A DNA stretch of 64,000 nucleotides, taken from the NCBI GenBank assembly GCA_963727825.1, contig CAVSHO010000009.1, positions 288,001-352,000 on the forward strand, in the 5' to 3' direction. The translations under genes were made by a program, and so were the position numbers. Of this stretch, positions 59,133 through 64,000 are shown piece by piece (the first letter of the stretch is position 1; the number at the start of each line of letters is the position of its first letter). The notes under the pieces are model-generated. The model ran no database searches. It saw nothing but the letters and a program-made list of their open reading frames with translations, and was not told the origin of the DNA. The stretch comes from Ignavibacteriota bacterium (GTDB lineage: Bacteria; Bacteroidota; Ignavibacteria; UBA10030).

Positions 59133-60779
59133 ATGGCAATAAGTTCTTTACAGACAGTCAGAGCTGACTACAAACCAAAATTACCAGCAACTTTAACTGG
59201 CAATATGTTAGTTAAAGAAGGTACTGCAACTCAGTCTATTGCACATCAAAAAGAAATTCAAGAAATGTTTCCAAATACTTATGGGTTACCGATATTAAAA
59301 ATTGAGATCGGTTCAAAACCTTTGGAATCACCCGAAATAAAAGTTGGAGTTATTCTTTCCGGAGGCCAGGCTCCTGGAGGGCACAATGTAATCGCTGGGC
59401 TCTTTGACGGATTAAAAGCTATGAATAAAAATAGCCAATTATTCGGTTTCTTGGGCGGCCCATCAGGATTAGTAGATGGTAAATATATTGAATTGACTGG
59501 GCAATTGATTGATGAATACAGAAATACCGGAGGATTTGATATTATTGGAAGCGGCAGAACAAAATTAGAAGAAAAATCTCAATTTGATAAAGGTTTAGAG
59601 AATTGCAAAAAACTTGGAATAAATGCTATTGTCATCATCGGCGGAGATGATTCCAACACCAACGCCTGCGTTTTGGCCGAGTATTACAAATCAATCAATG
59701 CCGGTGTTCAAGTAATAGGCTGTCCAAAAACTATTGATGGCGATTTAAAAAATGAAATGATAGAAGCATCTTTTGGTTTTGATACAGCCTGCAAAATGTA
59801 TAGTGAACTTATTGGCAATCTTGAACGCGATGCTATGTCTGCAAAAAAATATTGGCATTTCATCAAGTTAATGGGGCGTTCTGCTTCACATATAACGCTG
59901 GAATGTACGCTTCAAACTCATCCAAACTATGCAATCATTTCTGAAGAAGTTCAAGAGAAGAGACTGACAATGGATCAGATTGTTGAAGATATTGCCAGAG
60001 TTATAAAAACACGTTCTGATAATAACGAAGACTTTGGAGTTTGCCTGATACCGGAAGGTTTGATAGAATTTGTGCCGGAGGTTAAAAAACTAATCGCTGA
60101 AATCAACGATTTGCTTGCCGAGAAAGCTACAGCTTTCAATGCGTTGGAAACTGATGACGAAAAATTCCAATTCGTTAACAGTCACATAAGCGCTGATTCA
60201 ACAAAAGCATTTAATTCATTGCCGAAAGATATACAGGTTCAGCTATTAATGGATCGCGATCCGCATGGAAATGTAATGGTTTCACGTATTGAGACTGAAA
60301 AATTATTGATTGAGATGGTAGAGGAAAAACTTAAGGAATGGAAGGCTGAGGGTAAATTCAAAGGAAAATTTACTGCACTGGCAAATTTCTTTGGTTACGA
60401 AGGCCGCTGTGCGGCACCATCTAATTTTGATGCCAATTATACTTATTCGTTGGGTTATGTCGCTGCCATTATTATTGAATCAGGAAGAACCGGTTATATG
60501 GCGTCGGTGCGAAATCTTACAGCTCCAGCTGACAGATGGATCGCGGGAGGTGTGCCAATTACTATGTTGATGAACTTGGAAAAAAGGCACGGTTATATGA
60601 AACCAGTTATTCAAAAAGCATTAGTGAAATTGGATGGCAGACCATTTAAGGAATTTACTAAAAACAGAGCTGAGTGGTCTATTAAGACTTCCTATGTTTT
60701 TCCGGGACCAATACAATACTTTGGACCAAGTGAAGTATGCGATGCAACAACAAAAACTTTGCAATTGGAAAAAGGTTAA
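59133..60779 (+). CDS. pfp: PPi-dependent phosphofructokinase, long clade
   Basis: SGGQAPGG, GGDDSN, PKTIDGD, MGRSASH, GYEGR. Confidence 0.95.
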   Translation: MAISSLQTVRADYKPKLPATLTGNMLVKEGTATQSIAHQKEIQEMFPNTYGLPILKIEIGSKPLESPEIKVGVILSGGQAPGGHNVIAGLFDGLKAMNKNSQLFGFLGGPSGLVDGKYIELTGQLIDEYRNTGGFDIIGSGRTKLEEKSQFDKGLENCKKLGINAIVIIGGDDSNTNACVLAEYYKSINAGVQVIGCPKTIDGDLKNEMIEASFGFDTACKMYSELIGNLERDAMSAKKYWHFIKLMGRSASHITLECTLQTHPNYAIISEEVQEKRLTMDQIVEDIARVIKTRSDNNEDFGVCLIPEGLIEFVPEVKKLIAEINDLLAEKATAFNALETDDEKFQFVNSHISADSTKAFNSLPKDIQVQLLMDRDPHGNVMVSRIETEKLLIEMVEEKLKEWKAEGKFKGKFTALANFFGYEGRCAAPSNFDANYTYSLGYVAAIIIESGRTGYMASVRNLTAPADRWIAGGVPITMLMNLEKRHGYMKPVIQKALVKLDGRPFKEFTKNRAEWSIKTSYVFPGPIQYFGPSEVCDATTKTLQLEKG

Positions 60780-60907
60780 GAAGTTACACACTCGCCCCCA
60801 TAAAGCGACCTCTTTATACTAATTCGATTTTTTAGTGATCGGCACTTTATTTTGAGTTCACCCAGAATAGTGACAATCACTTTTTAAATTTACAAAAAGG
60901 AAACATC

Positions 60908-61531
60908 GTGCAAGATGAAAAATATTTAGAAGAATATGTTTTGGTCTTTCCAACTCAATTGCTGGATCAAATTGGTAAGTTTCAGGGAGTATCGTTTGAG
61001 TTGGATAAATACTTAGACATCATTCTTAATCCTAAAAATCATACCTTCCTTAAAAGAAAAGATGCAGAAACTAATCCTGCCTACAAACAGTTGATTCCAT
61101 ACGCTCTTTTACAATTCAAAGACACATTTTTTGTATATCGCCGTGGAAAACTATTAGCAGAAAAAAGACTTTTTGGTAATTATTCGTTAGGTATAGGCGG
61201 ACACATTTCTGTCACTGACCCCGGTTTGTTCAGTACAACTTATGAAGACGGCCTTAAGCGTGAAATAAACGAAGAGGTCCTTATTGAATCCCATTACACG
61301 CAGCGAGTTGTTGCTTTGCTCAACGACGACTCCAACGATGTCGGGAAGGTTCACTTCGGCATCGTCCATGTTCTTTCGCTGGAAAAGCCGTTGGTCAAAC
61401 CACGAGAAAAATCAATTAATGAAACAAAATTTCTCAATATCAATACGCTTAAAAAAGATATTGAGACATTTGAAAACTGGTCAAAGATTTGTATTGAGAA
61501 TATGCAGCACATGATTGACCATGAAGAATAG
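60908..61531 (+). CDS. NUDIX-fold phosphoesterase
   Basis: YKQLIPY, SLGIGGH, REINEEV, VGKVHFG, ENWS. Confidence 0.82.
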   Translation: MQDEKYLEEYVLVFPTQLLDQIGKFQGVSFELDKYLDIILNPKNHTFLKRKDAETNPAYKQLIPYALLQFKDTFFVYRRGKLLAEKRLFGNYSLGIGGHISVTDPGLFSTTYEDGLKREINEEVLIESHYTQRVVALLNDDSNDVGKVHFGIVHVLSLEKPLVKPREKSINETKFLNINTLKKDIETFENWSKICIENMQHMIDHEE

Positions 61532-61593
61532 AAAATCGGTAGAATTCCATGGTTAGTAAGTTCGAGTAAAATTCGTAGGATAAGTTTCTTTAT

Positions 61594-62421
61594 TTATTCC
61601 GGTGGATTCCAGCCTTTGCGGTTCCATTGTTTTAATTCGATTTTTACACTGCCGAGAATAACTTTCATTTCAGCGGTAATCGGAATTGCCGCAGTATCAT
61701 TGCTAAACCATCCTTTGAAATCACCTGTAAGACCCAATATACCTTCAAGTTTCATTTTGCCAGATAACTCCACAACATGAATAGGTTTTTTCCATGCTTT
61801 GATATTCACTTTCGAATGAGGACGGAGAGGATAGAACAGTGTTTCACCCAATTTTTCATTTGAGACAGTCGGATATGAAATCGAATCCTGGACGTGCGAT
61901 AGATCCCGTCCTAAGAAAACAAGCGATATCCCATCTTGAATTGGAATTCTTGTAATATAAAGGGTATCACGAACAGCAGAATATTGAGGCGGAGAATTTA
62001 AAGTTTCCTGAGTTTCTTCTTCGACTATGATCTTTTTTTCTAAAAATTGATACCAATATTGTACCTTTTGCCATCCTCCATCCTGCTTCTCATAAGAACA
62101 GGAATTAATTGAATTAAAAGAAGAATCCATTTCGGTATAAGCGACCAAATGAACATTCACAAATGGCAAGCCCGAACGAGAGTCGATATATGCCACAGCT
62201 TTATGCTTTCCTGCTTTTGACACCTCAGGCACAGATAGTGTCTGTAAGTTAATTGTTCCTATACTGATTCCAGACCAACTGACATCATACAATAATTCTT
62301 CACCCTCTGAATAGAAGGATGTATTTACTCGCTGTGGATGATCACCAGAAGCTGTCATTGACATTACCAGTATGGCTATTGGTAGTGCAAGGACAAATAA
62401 TATAGTAGACGATTTTATCAC
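61594..62421 (-). CDS. Exported DUF3108-like protein
   Basis: GEELLYDVSW..I.IG; WFSND...IP.....VILGSV...L. Confidence 0.75.
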   Translation of the reverse strand: MIKSSTILFVLALPIAILVMSMTASGDHPQRVNTSFYSEGEELLYDVSWSGISIGTINLQTLSVPEVSKAGKHKAVAYIDSRSGLPFVNVHLVAYTEMDSSFNSINSCSYEKQDGGWQKVQYWYQFLEKKIIVEEETQETLNSPPQYSAVRDTLYITRIPIQDGISLVFLGRDLSHVQDSISYPTVSNEKLGETLFYPLRPHSKVNIKAWKKPIHVVELSGKMKLEGILGLTGDFKGWFSNDTAAIPITAEMKVILGSVKIELKQWNRKGWNPPE

Positions 62422-62436
62422 TACTGCAAGTTCTAA

Positions 62437-63552
62437 TTAAATAAAAGACTTCTTATCTACATACCGTGCAATTGCCGGCGAGGATGTTAATCCCGGCGAT
62501 TCAATTCCAATCAAATTTACAAATCCTGACAGACCACGAGCCGTTTCGTGAACTATGACAAAGTCACGCGCCGGTTTCCCTTTCTTCTGGAGTTTTGGAC
62601 GAATACCGCTCATGTCCGGCGTGATATCTTCATCATTGATCGCCGGCAAAATCCGTCGTATGGATTCTGCAAACGCATGCCGCTTACTCTCCGCCACGCT
62701 ATAATCGAGCTTGCGATCCTCAAGATATTCTAAATCAGGACCGAACTTCAACCTTCCTCCCAAATCCATTAGTGCATGTATGCCAAGTTCTTCATTGGAC
62801 GGCATTGGATAGACTAACCGCGATATGAGCTTCGCTTTAGATTGTGTGATTGAAAAGTACGAGCCTTTTGCATAACTCAACCGCAAATCTTCTTTATCGA
62901 TATCAATGCCTATCATCTGAGCGATGAGATCAGAACCAAGTCCAGCCGCATTGATGACAATCTCACTTGTAATGCTCGATCTGTTTCCAGCTTCATTAAA
63001 AACAATTTCATATTCACCATGAATCTGACGAATTCCAGTAACTTGACACCGAGGCTGAACTATCCCGCCATTTGATTGCGTTGTATGGAAAAAGTAGTCC
63101 ATCAGATCATGAACGCTGATAATGCCGGTGAGCGGCGAGAATAGTGCGCCTTCCGTTTGAATGTTCGGCTCTAATTTCAGCGCTGCTGTTTTATCCAGAA
63201 CATGCAGTTCTACTCCATTCTCTGCTGCATTCTGTCGAATATTATCGAATTCTTCTAATTCCGCTTTCGTCGTTGCAGTGATTAGTTTTGTCAACGGTTT
63301 ATATCCAATGCCATGCGCTTTGCAGAGAGAATATAATTCATCCCTTCCCTCAACACATAAAAGAGCCTTCAACGAACCGGGTTCATAATATAAACCTGCA
63401 TGAATCACCTCGCTATTTCGACTCGATGTCTCCATTCCATACTTTTCATTCTTTTCGAGAAGAACAAGATAGTGATGGTGTTGAGAAAGGCGTGCTGCAA
63501 TTGCAAGTCCAACCACGCCAGCACCGATTACTGCAACTTCAAAATCTGCCAT
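62437..63552 (-). CDS. FAD-dependent oxidoreductase, L-2-hydroxyglutarate oxidase family
   Basis: GAGVVG, TSSRNSEVIHAG, GIRPKL, GIESPGLT. Confidence 0.88.
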   Translation of the reverse strand: MADFEVAVIGAGVVGLAIAARLSQHHHYLVLLEKNEKYGMETSSRNSEVIHAGLYYEPGSLKALLCVEGRDELYSLCKAHGIGYKPLTKLITATTKAELEEFDNIRQNAAENGVELHVLDKTAALKLEPNIQTEGALFSPLTGIISVHDLMDYFFHTTQSNGGIVQPRCQVTGIRQIHGEYEIVFNEAGNRSSITSEIVINAAGLGSDLIAQMIGIDIDKEDLRLSYAKGSYFSITQSKAKLISRLVYPMPSNEELGIHALMDLGGRLKFGPDLEYLEDRKLDYSVAESKRHAFAESIRRILPAINDEDITPDMSGIRPKLQKKGKPARDFVIVHETARGLSGFVNLIGIESPGLTSSPAIARYVDKKSFI

Positions 63553-63668
63553 TTTTTTCTCAGGCTAATACAATATTCATTTCAAACGTTATCAAAATAC
63601 TAAATCGTTGTTCAAAGGGCACTCAAAATCTTGATTGACTGCTTTTTGCTCCGTATGTTTAGAATACT

Positions 63669-64000
63669 ATGAAATCAAATAAAGAAATTCATCTTTTGCT
63701 TCAATTCATTGATGAAGCATACAAGAAGCGCGCGTGGCAAGGAACAAATCTACGCGGTTCTATTCGCGGCTTAACAGCACAGGAAGCGGCATGGCGGCCA
63801 GCTCCGGAGCGGCACAATATCTGGGAGATTATAATACATACAGCTTATTGGAAGTATATCATTCGACGGCGTCTACTTAGAGAGAAGAAAGGCTCATTTC
63901 CATTAAAAGGAAGTAATTGGATCAAACGTCCAATTGTTATGAGCGAGAATGCCTGGCTTGAAGACATTTGCCTGCTTGATGAAATGCATCGTTCGATGAG
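63669..64000 (+). CDS. DinB-family protein (runs off window end)
   Basis: MKSNKE...AWQGTNL...AAWRP...HNIWEIIIH.AYW, open to the end of the window. Confidence 0.8.
   Translation, partial: MKSNKEIHLLLQFIDEAYKKRAWQGTNLRGSIRGLTAQEAAWRPAPERHNIWEIIIHTAYWKYIIRRRLLREKKGSFPLKGSNWIKRPIVMSENAWLEDICLLDEMHRSM

Overview
Bacterial chromosomal window, probably Ignavibacteria-like FCB group (inferred from a secreted protein with an NYPNPFNPST sorting domain, a TonB receptor and strong TTGACA/SD signals). It holds about 55 mostly metabolic genes: tkt, GlpT-type MFS, 5'-nucleotidase, trpB2, hppA, metY-metA, five peptidases, GGR-ferredoxin-dnaG, LiaF/LytS/LytTR, AADC, TDH and PPi-PFK. I found no rRNA, tRNA, CRISPR array, integrase or transposase. 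Highlights: (1) a nitrogen cluster (35.7-42.3 kb) in which a degenerate PII, a porin, an APC permease, a PP2C phosphatase and a Ser/Thr kinase precede a glutamine-synthetase homolog with altered active-site residues; (2) a solitary integron-cassette-like unit with its own promoter and an attI-like site, carrying a STAND-like ATPase; (3) an unannotated Trp leader peptide (WWWRW) and attenuator controlling trpB2; (4) a SAM-I riboswitch; (5) an MTase-Mrr fusion gene between 32-bp direct repeats; (6) a family of GTAG REP-like hairpins with covariation and nested insertions; (7) a gene inserted into a LytTR-type operon beside a decayed duplicate of the next gene's 5' end. Several genes, including essential dnaG, are broken by +1 insertions that look like sequencing errors. 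All calls were made by eye from motifs; no database searches were run.
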